The notes beneath the pieces are model-generated. The model saw only the letters and a list, made by a program, of their open reading frames with translations. It searched no databases and had not been told where the DNA came from. Shown here piece after piece: positions 1-15,889 of a DNA stretch of 64,000 bases (position 1 is its first letter; the number at the start of each line of letters is the position of its first letter). Origin of the DNA: the human T2T-CHM13v2.0 reference genome, Homo sapiens; NCBI RefSeq assembly GCF_009914755.1, contig NC_060927.1. One strand, written 5' to 3'. A program made the translations under genes and the position numbers.

Positions 1-1440
1 TGGAGTTCTGAAGAGCCCAGCATGTTGTAGACTGTCAACAAATCTTGTCAAATGACTGAATAAATTCCCACCCTAAGAAGGTGCATAAACTCGCAAGGGT
101 TGGAAAATGAAGCCCCAAATATCAATAATATTCATTAACATATTTATTCAATTTTTTTAAAGTGCTTAAGCATAGCAATAAAGGCCTTGGAGGATTGAGG
201 GATGTTATCTTATAGGATGAATCAAGTTTCCTGGAGGAAGTGATTAGGTTGGACTTTGATTTCCTGAGCTAGTGTGGGTCTGGGGAACAAAGCAAAGTGT
301 AGCCAACACACAGGGAATATACATTTGGTTTCCTGCCTATATTTTTATGTGAAACAAAGGGCTGCTAGCAAAGCCTTCATGATAGTCAACAAATTAATAA
401 GCCCCTGTTCAGTATATCTAGGCTGCCTCATGCACTGGTCAGTCCTTCCTCTAAATGGGTGTCCAGATGATTCCTGTTTCTGCTCTTTCAGGCTCCAAAA
501 AACTTTTTTGTTGTTTTTTTTTTTGGTTTGTTTGTTTGTTTGTTTTTTGGTCACAGCCATGGCATCATCAAATTTTAAAATCCTGTTTTTGTTTTTTTTT
601 TTTTTAAAAAGGCAATCTGTAATTTAAGAGTAACTTTAATAAATCTGGACCCATTGTTAGCTCCCCAGGGCACATTTAAAATATGTAAGCTGCATGATGT
701 CAGATTATGCTGTGATTGTCTTACTAGTACCTTAAGGACAGACCATATGCCAGTGGGTGGGTAGATTAGTACCTCTTAGAAGGAAGTGGATCTTTTCACC
801 ATCATTCTGGGAGTTGATCACACCTAGGCAGGGGATAAAGACTAAGGAAGTGGGCCTTACCTTTATGTCTGGATTATCCTTCTCCTCTCTCTGGGTAGGT
901 GGCCAATATTGTCCAAGTTCCAAAAGGCAGAAATTCTCTTGACATCTGAAGGAGGATGGAGAATGAGGCAGGCAACCAGCTTCACAGGGGACCCTAAGAC
1001 CAGTCTAGAGGGTGCTATACTACTTCTCCCCCACTCACTGCCAACTTCCAGTAATGTCTTGTTAAGTTGTTCCATGCCTAAGTAATGTCTTATTAAATTG
1101 GTTCCTGGCATCAGCTGTCTTATGAGATAAAGGGAAGAATCTGTCTCACATTGGTTGGAGAAACAAAAGAAGAGGAGCTCCCCTTTCCCTCTCTTTCCCA
1201 GTGAGGCTGGGATGGGTTACCTGCAGTGGTCACAGCAGAGCAATGCTATGCTCAGAAGCATCTTGTGAAAGTCACTTGCAGTAGTAGCAGCAGGGTAGAG
1301 AGAACAAACCAGACTTGGGAAAGCTCAGGTGAACTCTGAGAGGCCCTGGATCCCTGGAGAAATAGTGGGGGACAGTTAGAAACAGAATTATTCCTGGCAG
1401 TCAGGCCAGGGGGTTTTGAAGCTCTCAGGTTTACTCATTA

Positions 1441-1775
<335 letters not shown>

Positions 1776-1839
1776 AAAATAGAAGTGTTCCAGATAAAAC
1801 TCTCTTTATAATATTGTGGTAGTGGTAAAAAAATTACCT

Positions 1840-2720
1840 ATTTTTTCCAAGGCAGCATGTTGTTTAATGATGAAATACAAAAAGCCTTCCCAATAATGTG
1901 AGGAAATGGTGCCATTGTTTAACATATGTAACTAATATTGTTTAAGTACTACCCAATTAAATAAGAGGAAATAAATGTATAAAACAATGAAAAGGATGAG
2001 CCAAAGTGATAATTATTTACAGATGATATGATCGCATAGCTAAAAGAGAGTCACATAGAAAATTATTGGAAACAATAAGATAATCCAGTACAAAAGCTGG
2101 TTATTAAATGCAATAATCAATAACTTTCCTGTATAAAAACAAGTTAGAAAACATAATGAAAAAGTTCCCATTTAAAATGGCTTCTAGAATAATAAAATAC
2201 ATTAGAATAAAAATAACAATAAACATGCAGAATATATGTAACTGAATCTTGATAAAATGAAATGGCATTCCCTGTGTTTAGATAAAAAGACTAAATATCA
2301 TAAAGAAGTCAACTTTCCCTAAATCAAATGATTAATTGAATGTAATAGCAACAAAAATAAGATTTCTTGGTTATTGTTGAAATCACATATGGCAAATAAA
2401 GATATTCATTACGCAACTATTTTAGCTGCAATAGACTAGAAACAGTCTGAATGTACATCAATAAGACACTGGTTAAATTGTGGTGTATTCCCAGAAGACA
2501 GCCTTGTATTCTGCCATTTAAAAAGTAAAGGAGATCTGCAGGCCTGGATATGGAATAATATCCAAGATATGTTGTTAAATAAAAAGATCACAATTTATAT
2601 CTACACTATATCTATCCATATGAAATAAATGGCATCATAATGTATCTATAAATATGTATGTCCATATAAATTAGCATGTTTCCTTATTTGTACATAGTTT
2701 TCATAATTGTTATCTTTAAT
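1840..2720 (+). mobile_element. Ancient L1M fragments (ORF2 end / 3' UTR)
   Basis: A-rich strand with L1-like motifs (tatttacagatgatatgatc, ggttaaattgtggtgtattc, ggaataatatccaagatat); heavily diverged. Confidence 0.65.
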
Positions 2721-2789
2721 GGCTATATGAAGTGGAGTCCTTTCTGTTTCATAAATCTGTCTGTCCCTAGTGCCTATTATAATGTTCAG

Positions 2790-3055
2790 GAAGTCCTAAT
2801 GAGAGCAAAGAATGATGCTAAGACTGTAAATGCTGGTGCCAAAATACCTCAATCCAAATGGGAATTTTTTAACCTCTGCGCCTTAGTCTTCTGGCCTATA
2901 AAATGGGGATGATGACCATTTTTACCTCATAGGTTTGACATGAGAATTGAGACAGATTAAGTGAGATTACAGATTAAGTGGGTTAATCTGCATAAAGCTT
3001 TTAGAGCAGTGCCTGGTACATGATGAGCAATCAATCAGCATGAGCTATTATTATT
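2790..3055 (+). mobile_element. MIR SINE
   Basis: ctataaaatggggatgatg...acctcatagg...ttagagcagtgcctggtacat, ending in attattatt. Confidence 0.75.
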
Positions 3056-4459
3056 ACTGTATGAAATAACCTTAGAAACTTTAAGTCATTTCTTGTTATG
3101 GCTGTTATAGATAGTAATGCAATGAGTAGCTCTATTAATATAATGTTTTGCCTCTTTTTAATTATTTCATTAGATTAAATTCCTAGAAATTAGATTGCTG
3201 GATCAAAGAGTAATCACAATAATTACCTTTTAAAGATATTCCTTTGACCTCTTCCCTTAAAGAAAATTTAATGATATGAAAATTACTAGTTGATATAAAA
3301 GAGAGAGTAAAGCAAATAAATCATGTATTTATTTGACCACAGCAAAAGGGAGAGGAGCTCCCCTTTCCCTCTCTTTCCCAGTGAGGCTGGGATGGGTTAG
3401 CCATTTACTAAACAATTATTTAGTAAACACCTATTTTATTCATAAAACTATCTAGACATCATACAAAAACCCAGGGTTCCATTCAGTTGATTAAATCCAA
3501 CAAAGATTTCCCACTCTACTACATGCTTGTTCCATGCTGGGAGTTAATCAGAGTAGGAGGAATATGGAGTGGCCTTTGTCCTTAAAACTCAAAATTTATG
3601 CAAGAAAGTAAGATGTGAAGATAGTATGAGACTCTATAATCAAGCGCCAAATTCCGTTTTTAAAAGATCCCAAATCTGTGATTCAGACACTGGATATTAG
3701 GCATAGTAAGCTAAGCAAAAAAGAGTAGGTGCTGGCTGGAGCCACCTGGCAGACGTCAAAGCATTTTCAAAGACAATATCCAGTTAGCAGCAAAGAAAGA
3801 AGTATGTTACCACAAAAGTGATGACCAAATTAGGCTCTACTCTCTTCTTAGAATCTAACATTTTATAATTACTTTTAATCCACCCCCAAATCAACAGGAC
3901 AGCTTTGCATTTGAATATTATCAGTAGAAAATCTTTGCTCTTGCTAAAGCACATCCTCGTCCCTGCCAGCTGGAAGGTAAAAGGAACCCTCAAGCTTCAG
4001 CTGTGGGCTTTAGCCAAGGGAGTCCAAGAGGTGTGCTCAGGAGTAGACGAGGCCGGTAGAGGGCCTCCACTGAGGACTGTGCGTGTTTATCTGTTTCGGA
4101 AGGGCTCTCTATCTGCTGAAAGAGCAAAATCATCTCCACTTCACTGTTTTCAGGATGCAGCGCAAATGTGTCTTACAACAATCCAAATCTCACACCACAA
4201 GCTTTACCACTCTTCAGTCTTCTCTCTTTTGTCTTGGAGTCAGGAGGAAGGGGGCAAACTGCCCTCCTCTTTGAGGCGAGCAAGATCCTCTGTCTCAAGG
4301 AAGCCAAACCTGAAATAGAAGCAGAAGCCCTTTCATATAATTGAGGAAGACTTCACAGTTGCCAGAAACCATTTTTGTAAGAGAATAAGTCCCACATAAA
4401 GGGTTTTCTGGCCTTTAAAATTAGCCCACCAAATATCTTTCTTGTGCCTTATCCAGGAA

Positions 4460-4741
<282 letters not shown>

Positions 4742-6642
4742 TAGGAATTATTAAATTGCCTACTATGTGCAGAAACTTGTGAATTGTCAGGCTCCAAATT
4801 TCCTCAAAAGGCTGAAGCCTGGCAGGCAATGTCAAGAGGAGCTGCTTCTTGCCCAAACAGGTTCCAAAGCAGTCAAGTGAAATTGTCTTCCTTATATGGT
4901 GAAAAGTGCCCTGTCCCTTTAAGGCCAAGAGATTTGGCTGCAGACAGTCCCTGGGAAGTTTGCGGGCAGCCCCATCCTGTGTCTGATCCTTGCTGCTGTG
5001 CAGGTGAGTTCCCAAACCTTCTCTCCGCAATTTGCCCTCTATAATCGTTCTCATGGCGGGTTAGAAAGACTGGTATGAAAGGGCTAGAGAATTTCAGGGT
5101 CAGCAGAGATGGTGCTGTTTGGAGAAGTTTGAGTTGAAGGAAAAAACAAGGTTACAAGGGAAATGTGCAGTAATGCAGCCAGTGAGGATGCATCTAACTT
5201 CCTGTGGGGAGAAGGCAGCAAGGTTACAGAAGGCCCTGAGGCATTTCCAGGGCAGGGCAGGGCAGGGGAAACAAATTCAGCTGGGGAAGAGGGACAAATT
5301 ATAGATAAGACCGTGGAGGGATAAGTTTAGACTCTTGAGCTATATAACCTGGTGAACCGCAAGTTAAAACCAAACATAGCTGGTAGGAAATACTGCTTCT
5401 GCAAGTGCTGAAGGCTTTCCAGGAGCTGGAGCTACAGGACCAGACTGCAGAGGAGAAAGTACATGAATGTTTGGAATGTCTATAGGCCTGGAAGGCTGCA
5501 GCCTTAACCCTTTTTGCAGCCTGGCTTGTTAGCCATTAGGGTTTGGCTGCCACAGAGCAGGAGGTGGGGGTGCATGTGTGAAGCACTGCAGTAGGAGACT
5601 AAATAAATAAACAAGACTATGATTGTGGAAATGCATCTCTGGCATCCTCATAGTACCACATGCAGAGAAGAGAGATTTTCTAAGCTCAGATTTTCTGTGT
5701 CATCCACAGAAACATCTCAGATTTTCTGTGTCATCTTTCTTCCAGCAAAGGGCTGGAAGAAATCTCATTTAAGCTAATTACTGCTCCGTCATTTACTAAC
5801 TCAGCTTCTTGAATTTTTTTCCTCCATGGTCTGGAGCCTGGTACAATATTAATTTGAAATTAACTAATAAAACTTTTTAATAGCTAAAGATTTCCTAGCA
5901 GAAATGTGTTTCTCTCTAAGATTGAGATGTATATACAGCTGGGGTTGGGATTTTACTGAGAGCTTGAAAAGAGATGGGTGTAGTATAGAAGGAGAAACAC
6001 TTGATGGTCATTTTACGTAATATCCAAAGCCGTTTAACTGAGCCTACAGCCAAAAAAGGAGTCCACCCAGGAATTTAAAAAAAGAGATGCTAAATTACAG
6101 GGCTTGGGGTCCTCTTTCCTCCTAGTTGAGTCAAGGTCCATTCATCATTCAGAGGCAGTGGTTTCTCTACAGTTGTGTGGGGGAGTGAACAAGAAGGCTG
6201 GATTAAAATTCCTTACATACTCCATGCCTTTTAAAAATATTCATTCATCTGAGTAGTCACTGAAGAATTCTTCTTATTATTAACTAACAAGTGCTGTATC
6301 CACTTGTTAGTGCTTTCTAAAGACAGAATGTTCATGAAAAAAGATTTTGTTTTATCACGAGGGATTTGTTAGTATAAGGGTTCCTCTCTTCTCCTCCGAC
6401 TTCTGATGGATGGGCAAAGTGGTGATTATTGGTTACTGAAAAGAAAGATCTGTTCTTGACTCTAAAATCACAAAGGGCTTTACTTTGGACCTTTCTCATT
6501 CAGAAACATTGGTGTCCCAAGCAAAAAGTTAACTTATGCATTCACAATGTGGAAGACAGCAGAGTGCATGGGTATAGTTTTGCTTCATTTTGTACCAAGC
6601 AAATCCAGAAAGCAGTGTCAAATACATTGCTTTCAAATATAG

Positions 6643-7028
<386 letters not shown>

Positions 7029-7780
7029 CATACTGTTATCTTTTATAAGATAAGTCAAGGTATTTCCAACGAAAAAAAAGATGTGTCTTCCCAAACATTT
7101 CACTCAATGACTCTCCCCGCCCTCAGTCACATATGGATCTTACAACTTCACACAAGCCACTTACTTTATCTGTGCCTCAGTTTCCAGCCTAGAATTGAGC
7201 AGATCTGAGTTAAATTTCTAGTTTCTTCATTTATTTCCATAACCATAGGCAAATTACTCAGCCAGTCTAAACTTTAGCTTTCTTATTTGTAAAAAGAATG
7301 AATGTTAATTAGGATCAGAAGACCCCAGAACTCGGCATAGGCTCCATAAATGCTATTTCTCATTTCTTTTCTTGTCTTTTTTTTTTTTTTTTTTTTTTCT
7401 ATTGCCTGGGAAATTACACTGTTCCTTGGCAAAGGAAATAAGTTTTGAAAACGGAAACCAGCTGTGTAGCTCAGCTTTAGGACTACAGTTACTTCATCCC
7501 CTGCGCCCATTCCCTTCACAGAAGGATGCCCAACTCACTGGGAAACCCATTCCTAATCATCAACCAGTCTCACTGTTTGAAAGCTCTTCCTAAAGCAAAC
7601 CCACTTCCACTTATTTTGTGTTCAGAGACGTGAAGAATTGTTGATTGTTTTCTTTTAATATAAAATTACTCCATAGTCTTAAAGAACAATAATAAGTTAT
7701 CTTAGAATCTCTATAAAGGTGGTCTATTCCAATAATAAGCTTAAAAAGCATTTTTAAAGGAACTTTTTTGGTTCTCATAA

Positions 7781-8118
<338 letters not shown>

Positions 8119-9325
8119 CCAATTGCTACTTTTCTATAAAACTCCTAACCCATTCACACAGCTGTCTTCAAGAACATGATTATCCTTACTTTCAGCACTT
8201 TCATTGTTTAGGTCACTTTAAGAGTAGGTTTGCCTTACGTGCAATGAGTCTGTGTATGACCCAAAAAAATTCTGTCACCAGTTTAGAAAGGTGGTGACAA
8301 ATTTCAGCAACAGAAATATTCCACTGGAAGTTCACATCCCAGCCTATACATAAGCTGGGAATCAAGTATGCCATTTTTAACTAAACGAAGAGCAGGTCAC
8401 ACACATAGCCCATCTTCTAGTCATGGATTAACACAGCCTCTGTCAGGAGACGTGTTGAGAGTCCACACTTGTCCACTTAAAGTAGCTTTGAAACTCTGGG
8501 CTAGTTCCTACATGTGTCTGAGCCTCGATCTATGGCCTGCATAATGAGAATGATAATAACACTTATGCACGTGGTTCAGGGAAAGCATGAAATGTGCCAG
8601 GACAGGTGCTCAGTAATTATGTTGGATCTGAATGCCCAATAGTCTAACAAAGTCTTGTACCTTAATAATAAGGTAATGGCCCCAGATCTTGTCTACACAC
8701 TTTAGAACAATCTGCAAGTATGGATATGTTTCTAAGGATGTGTAAATTTAATGTTTAATAAAAATGTAAGTTATGTTTCTAATTAGGTGGAATCAAAAAG
8801 AAGTCGATGCTGAGGCAACCATAGACCTGCTACAGGGGTTAACTGTGGAAACAGCCTACAAATGCAGATGTGGCTTAAAAGCTGCTGGTTCTCAAAGAGT
8901 TTTGGATTGGCTGTGTTCCTTAAAAATATTTTTTAACTTTTTACCCCAAGGCAAGTGTTTCTGTGTCTGGTACACTGGCAGAAGGAGTTAGAATGGGGGA
9001 AAGCATTAAACAGATTGAAATGAGAGATCCTAGTGCAGTTGAATCTCTTGATACATCTTTGACTCCCTTCTTCCCCAACTCCCCAACTATTCTCCTTAAG
9101 CTTTTCAGATGTAATTCATTCATGAAACCACCAAGCTGGGGAAGCTTGAACAAGTCTACACCAGCTTCTTGCCTTCATTCAAAGCTGCACTTGAAACAAT
9201 CAGGAACCATGGCTACCTACCCTTCCAAGGGAGAGAGACTGAAGTTCAGTCTACTGCATGCCTGCACCGGGGCTGCACTGGGGACGTTCTCCCCACACCT
9301 ACCCTTGTAATACAAGCCCATATTC

Positions 9326-9622
9326 TTTTTTTTTTTTTTTTGAGACGGAGTCTCGCTCTGTCGCCCAGGCTGAAGTGCAGTGGCGCGATCTCAGCTCACT
9401 GCAAGCTCCGCCTCCCGGGTTCACGCCATTCTCCTGCCTCAGTCTCCTGAGTAGCTGGGACTACAGGCACCCGCCACCACGCCCGGCTAATTTTTTGTAT
9501 TTTTAGTAGAGACGGGGTTTCACCATGTTAGCCAGGATGGTCTCTATCTCCTGACCTCATGATCCGCCCACCTCGGCCTCCCAAAGTGCTGGGATTACAG
9601 GCGTGAGCCACCACGCCCGGCC
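9326..9622 (-). mobile_element. AluY
   Basis: AluY diagnostics gcaagctccgcc, ttcacgccattct and ttagccaggatggtct; TSD aagcccatattcttt / aagaccacattcttt. Confidence 0.97.
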
Positions 9623-9850
9623 AAAGACCACATTCTTTTAGTGTGCTCTGGGTCTGTCCTTTGTGTTTATGGCAAATTGATATCCTGTCTATGGGAAATT
9701 TCCACTAAAGTGGGGAGTGATGATATGGTCATAGCCTCTGTGAGGGGCAACACTTCCTTGTTTTCGGCCTGATTAATCATCAGGTGAGTAGACATCCTTC
9801 TCCCCTGACTTTATCACTTCTATTATCCACTCCTGCTTGCCCCTCTGATG

Positions 9851-10028
9851 CAGTGGCTCCCAAACTAGAAAGCATACATCAGAATTACCTGGAAGCTTTG
9901 TTAAAACACAGATTGCCAGTCTCTATCCCCAGAGTCTCTGATCTGTAGGTCTCGACTGGGGCCGGAACACTTGGAATTTCTAACAAGTTTACAGGTGGTC
10001 TGGGGCTACACTTCAGGAACTGGTCCTC
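9851..10028. mobile_element. MER5A (hAT-Charlie MITE)
   Basis: cagtggctcccaaact...catcagaattacctggaagctttgttaaaacacagattgc...tttctaacaagt. Confidence 0.8.
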
Positions 10029-10700
10029 TAGTTCAACAATAAATCTCACTGTAGTGTTCCCAGTAACTTGTACTTACTCTTGCCTTTCTATATAATACCT
10101 CTTCCATTTTTGGAGGTGAAGTATAGCCATCTCACCACAGTTATGTGCTACTATTATTGAATTCTAATTGTAACAGGCACTGTGCTAAAGACATATGTTA
10201 TTTCAACTACAAATTTGGTATCATTAAACAGAAAGAGGTTAAGTAACCAAGATCTCACAAGTGATAAAGAAAAGATATCAAACTCAGATTTATGTGAAAA
10301 GTGTTTACTCTTTCCATGATTCCAGGGCTGGCAAATAGATTTTTAACTTGTCTGTCAACTCCAATTCATTGGCAGCAGCTGCCTGGAGCACTGGATTGAG
10401 GAGTCCCAGGTGGGATGGGTGCTCGGTGGGAGAGAGCTCTAGAACTGCTAAGCTACACTGCACGGGTGCGGGAGTGGAGAGCGGCAATGGGTATGTGTTG
10501 TATTTGCTGTCCCCACATGATGCTTTGCCTTGTTCATTGATCAATTTTGTTAGGACCTAGAATCAGTTGAAAGACATGTATTTAAGTTTGTTCCAGAGGA
10601 AACAATAAATTTATTTCCTTGTCTCTTCCTTTCTCTGGAAGGTAAAGTTAAGTTTTTGAGCCTATATTTGAGAAGGTGTAATAAACTATAAAGTGAAATG

Positions 10701-10854
10701 AAATATTTATGGTTTTTGTATTTGTGTCTAATGCATGTTTTAACATGATTGACACAATGCATTTTGTAGGTATTTTTCTGGAAAAGTCAATCTTTTAGAA
10801 ATTGTTTTTCAGATCTTCAATAAATTTTTTCTTTAAATTACAAAAAAAAAAAAA
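10701..10854 (+). pseudogene. 5'-truncated processed retrocopy of an mRNA 3' end (parent not identified)
   Basis: 3'UTR-like U-rich sequence with AATAAA at 10819-10824 and poly(A) at 10842-10854, 17 nt downstream. Imperfect TSD ataaagtgaaatg (10688-10700) / ataaagaaatg (10854-10864). Confidence 0.6.
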
Positions 10855-11194
10855 TAAAGAAATGCAACTGGTATATAGATAGTAGTAACCAACATAAGCA
10901 TGTTGCTCTAAAGTGGCTGGGACAAAAGAGTTATGTTAATTATAGTCTTTGCATATTATGTCTTTCAATGTGACCTATCTAATGGATTGCCTTATATTGA
11001 AATAATCCAGCATGACTTAGTAAGAAGGTAATGACATTTCTAGTTTAGTTCCTCTCTCCATGTTAATATTCACTGTGGGACTTGTTATTTTTAGCGTCTT
11101 AGTGCTTTATATGAACAATGAATTAAATAATGTTTTTCTGCTGCATCCTAACATTTATTATAAATGTGATTAAATGACATATAACTTAATGGCA

Positions 11195-12050
11195 TCTATT
11201 TTATTTGATCAACAAATATTTACAAAAATGTATCCCCAGGCAATGGGGGTATAACAACAAACAAAATATATTGTTCTCATGGAACTTACATTCCAGAGAG
11301 GAGAGAGAGAGACAATAAATGAGTAAACAAGGAAATTGTATATAGTGATAAAGCGTGTTCAGTGAGAGAGAGAAACTGTGTGTATTTGTGTGCACAAGTG
11401 TGCGTGTGTTTTGCTCTTTTTTAGGTGGTCAGGGAAGGCCTGACTGAGGAGGTAAGATCGAATATGGAAAAGAAGCCAAACATGGGTCGGTCTGGGAATG
11501 GAGCATTCTAGGCAGAGAAAATAGGCAATGCAAAGATCCTGAGGTTCAAAGTCCATAGGAGCCAGATTGAGTAGGCTAGTAGGGGTTTCAGCTGGGGGTG
11601 CTGCAACCTCTCTATTTCTGCCTAGAAGATGTTTGAAGATGTGCAGGTGGCAATTTGCATATACAATGCTAGAGTTGAGGGCAGGACACCATTGGCTTCT
11701 AGTGGACAGGGACCGGGGATGATAAACATCTTGCACTGCTCTTGATAGACTCACACAAGATTTGTCTTGCTCATATTGTCCTGGAAAAAATGTCTGTATT
11801 GAGAAATCCTAAAGAGCCTTTAAAGCCAGGCTAAGAAGTTTGATTTTTATCCTAAGTACAGTGGGAAGCTATTGGAGAGTTGCAAGCTTTAAAAGACAAT
11901 CTCTCAAAGATCACTTTGGCTACTGAGTGGAGAGTAAATTGTAAGGGACAAAGGTGAAAGAGGAACATTCAATAGGAAGCTTTTTCAGTGTCCACAACAG
12001 AGATGACGGTGGCCTAGACAAGAGGAGTATTGGTGAAGGTTTTGAGAAGT
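11195..12050 (-). mobile_element. L2 fragment(s), with a probable hAT-Charlie (MER20/MER112-like) insertion at ~11596-11810
   Basis: tttatttgatcaacaaatattt, ctcatggaacttacattc, ggtcagggaaggcct, tttgatttttatcctaag...gggaagctattggag, aaagatcactttggctact. Confidence 0.7.
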
Positions 12051-14540
12051 GTTTTTCCTTCAAGAAGAAGGCTGCTAAATAACATATAAAATGCTGTTTC
12101 CCATGAAACCTCTATTCTATCTTTTTCTTTTTCCTTGAGAGATTTTTTTCAGTTTCAGAATCCTCTGGTTTCCTCTACATTCATTTAAGAGAATTTTGTG
12201 GCACCAAATTACAGAAGACCTTGCTCTTTCAAATGCAAGTCCTTACCTTCTTGCTCTTTAACCTTGCATATCTATCTGCATTTCAAGTTGTTCATTGCTC
12301 AGAAAGGTAATCTATTTGATTTGGGTTTGTAAAAAGAGACAAAATTACTTGTGCTTCTTGAATAACAATATGTGATTTTTTTCTCTGAGGGTCAATATGA
12401 ATTAGCCTACATAAATCATTTTACTAAACCGGTGCCTAATTACATGAACAACTGCGACCAAGTCTACATTTATTCTGTTGAAAGAGTAACATTGAACATC
12501 AAAATCTCTTGCAGAGATTCAGGCATTTCAGTACAAATGTTACTTAGGCATTAAAGCCTCACAAATAGTTTCCAGGTGCATTGGCTCCTCCCTGACAAAG
12601 GCAACTCAGCTTCCAAGACTTCAGAAAATTCTTACTGTTGTCATCTCGTCTCTCCTCATAGCCAACTCTTCTTTCTGCACCTCCACAGCAAGTGGCCCCC
12701 AGACTGACCTCAGTGTGTCTCTGCAAATGCAGAGATTCACAAAGCAGCAATGTGGAAACTTGTCAGTTCACTTGGAGAACAACTCAATTCTCATTTGAGG
12801 GGAGGAGCATCCTGTCCCCAGGCTGAGCTGAAGTGGGTGGCGAGAAAAGAGTGGGGAGGAGCTGGCTGCAGGCCATACCCACACTGGTGAATGGTTCCAC
12901 TGAGTGGTAGGTGCCTCTGCAATCAGGATGAGGTCTTCCCCAAAAGGTTGTTGTGTCCTGAGAGGAGAGTTGGGGAGTCACCTAAGGAACACTGGAGAAT
13001 GGATGCTGGGCAGGTGGAACAACACACCACAGCTTCCAACTAAGCTGAGGAAAGCAGGTGCTTGCCAACCCACAGCCTGTCTTCCAGTTTCTGGATGAAA
13101 CTGGAGAAGAGAGACAGAAAGGAGATAGAGTCAGCCCCCTGCCCCCAAAAAATCCAATGAAATCTTCTTTAATTTAAATCCATCACACAAGCTACATAAG
13201 TCAAGATTCCAAGAATTAAAAAAGCAAGTGGTCTTATTTTACTATAAAAATGAATCTCTGCCTTCATCTCTGGGCCACAGGTATGCCCCTAAGAGAGACA
13301 GGCCACTTCATTGTGTAGCCAAAAAAGGAAGGAAACCAGAATTGTATATTCAAAAAAAAAGAAAAAAAAAAAAAAAAAAAAAAGACCAAATGCTTTGCAT
13401 TAAGATATCCTATCTTAGCTATTAATTAGGTATGCACATTTGAACTAGGTCACCTTCCTGGGCTTCAGAAATAAGGAGCTGAATCAAGTTTTTTCAGACC
13501 CTGATGTGCTCTGAGTGGATTTATAAGTTGGCTCAAGCTCTTCGACACTCCCCTAAAGCCTCTTGCAGACCAAACCAAGTCATCCACCTCACCCAACTCC
13601 CCTTTCCCAACACTGTATTTCCTTTTTTCTTTGAATATCCCTCTCCCTCCACTAGCTCTTAAGCTCCCTGAAGAGAGGTATTGGTATCATGGCTTTTTCT
13701 TTGAATCTCCAGTGTCTGGAGAGTACCAGACACTCATTAGATGTTCAATAAATGTTTATTGTTGAATGAATGGATAATGTGAATATAAAAATAGAGAAGA
13801 ATGAGCCCAAGCTAATTCAAAGCTCAAGAGCAAGCTTTGCTTAAAACCATATATTCTGGCCATAAGATTCTGGACTCCTTAAAATTAAAAAAAGGAGAGA
13901 GAGGAAAGAGGGATTTCAGATATTATAGCAGTAATTTTCAGACATCACAGTTTCTAATACCCCGTGTCTCCACTGACATGCACCAGTTTCATGGAATTTT
14001 AGAAATACTAGAGTTTTACCTAGCTTTTATGGAATGTCTTATATTTATAAAGAGCTAGTATAAAATTGCTGAGTAGACATTTCTAGATTCCTTACTCTCA
14101 AACTGCATGCCTATTTAAGCTCTTCCCAGAATAAAGAAAACAGCAAATCAAAAAGTTTAAAGCTGCCTTCACCTTTTCTTCATAAGCTTTGATCCTTTAA
14201 TTTATTTAAAATATGTAACCATCAAGGCCTCATTAGAATTGCTAAAGAACATAGAAAAGGCCATATGGGATCAAACTTCTGGCCTGTCCAGCCAAGTTAC
14301 CAAAAATGGCAAAGTCTTGCTGGTGTGGTGCTGAGAACAAGGGTGGAAACCCAGAGGGCAGCAGAGGTGGCAACCCCAAACAAGGTCTGGTTCCAGGAGT
14401 ATGGATTTGAGGCGACTGAGATAGGGTGCAGTGTCAGAACTTTTGGGTAGTGGCCAAATATTTGATCAGTCTTAGACTAATCAGGGAGCACTGTGCATGA
14501 GGGATTCCAGCCTCAGAAAAAGAGTCAAAAAGAAAAAGGA

Positions 14541-14855
<315 letters not shown>

Positions 14856-15052
14856 CTAGGGCTGAGCAAATGCTGCCACTGGGAGTTATCGCAGGACCGG
14901 GACAAGAAGACACTGCCCCCAAAAGTGTGGAATCTCCAGTGGTATCCCCTGGGGATTTCTTCAAAATATTGTCCATGAAGCAAGGAATAACAAATGCCTC
15001 TAACTTCATCATTGTGATGTGCCATATAAGGCTCGTCCATCCATTCTTCTGA

Positions 15053-15601
<549 letters not shown>

Positions 15602-15889
15602 TAGTGAATTCAAGTGCATTCCTCCTAAAACTGACTATCTTCTTTCTAACTGCTGTAACTGTAAAAGATGAAGAACAAGCTAATATTCTCCTGCCTTTAG
15701 GCTTCAATCAATTCCTTATGAGCCTTCATCTCTCCTAGGCTGAATGGATTCTTAATCTTTCCCTAAAGGGTAGTTGCTCTAGTGTTTGTCATTTTAGTTG
15801 GTTTTTCTGAGTCTGGATTAGAAACAGAACATTAAGACATTAAAAATATCCATACACATTAAAAATATCTCTATGTTTTAAAAAATAAA

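Noticed and set aside
500-606. T-rich (GTTT)n/poly-T tracts, also 7377-7397
   Set aside because: Ordinary low-complexity sequence with no attached element or TSD that I can identify.
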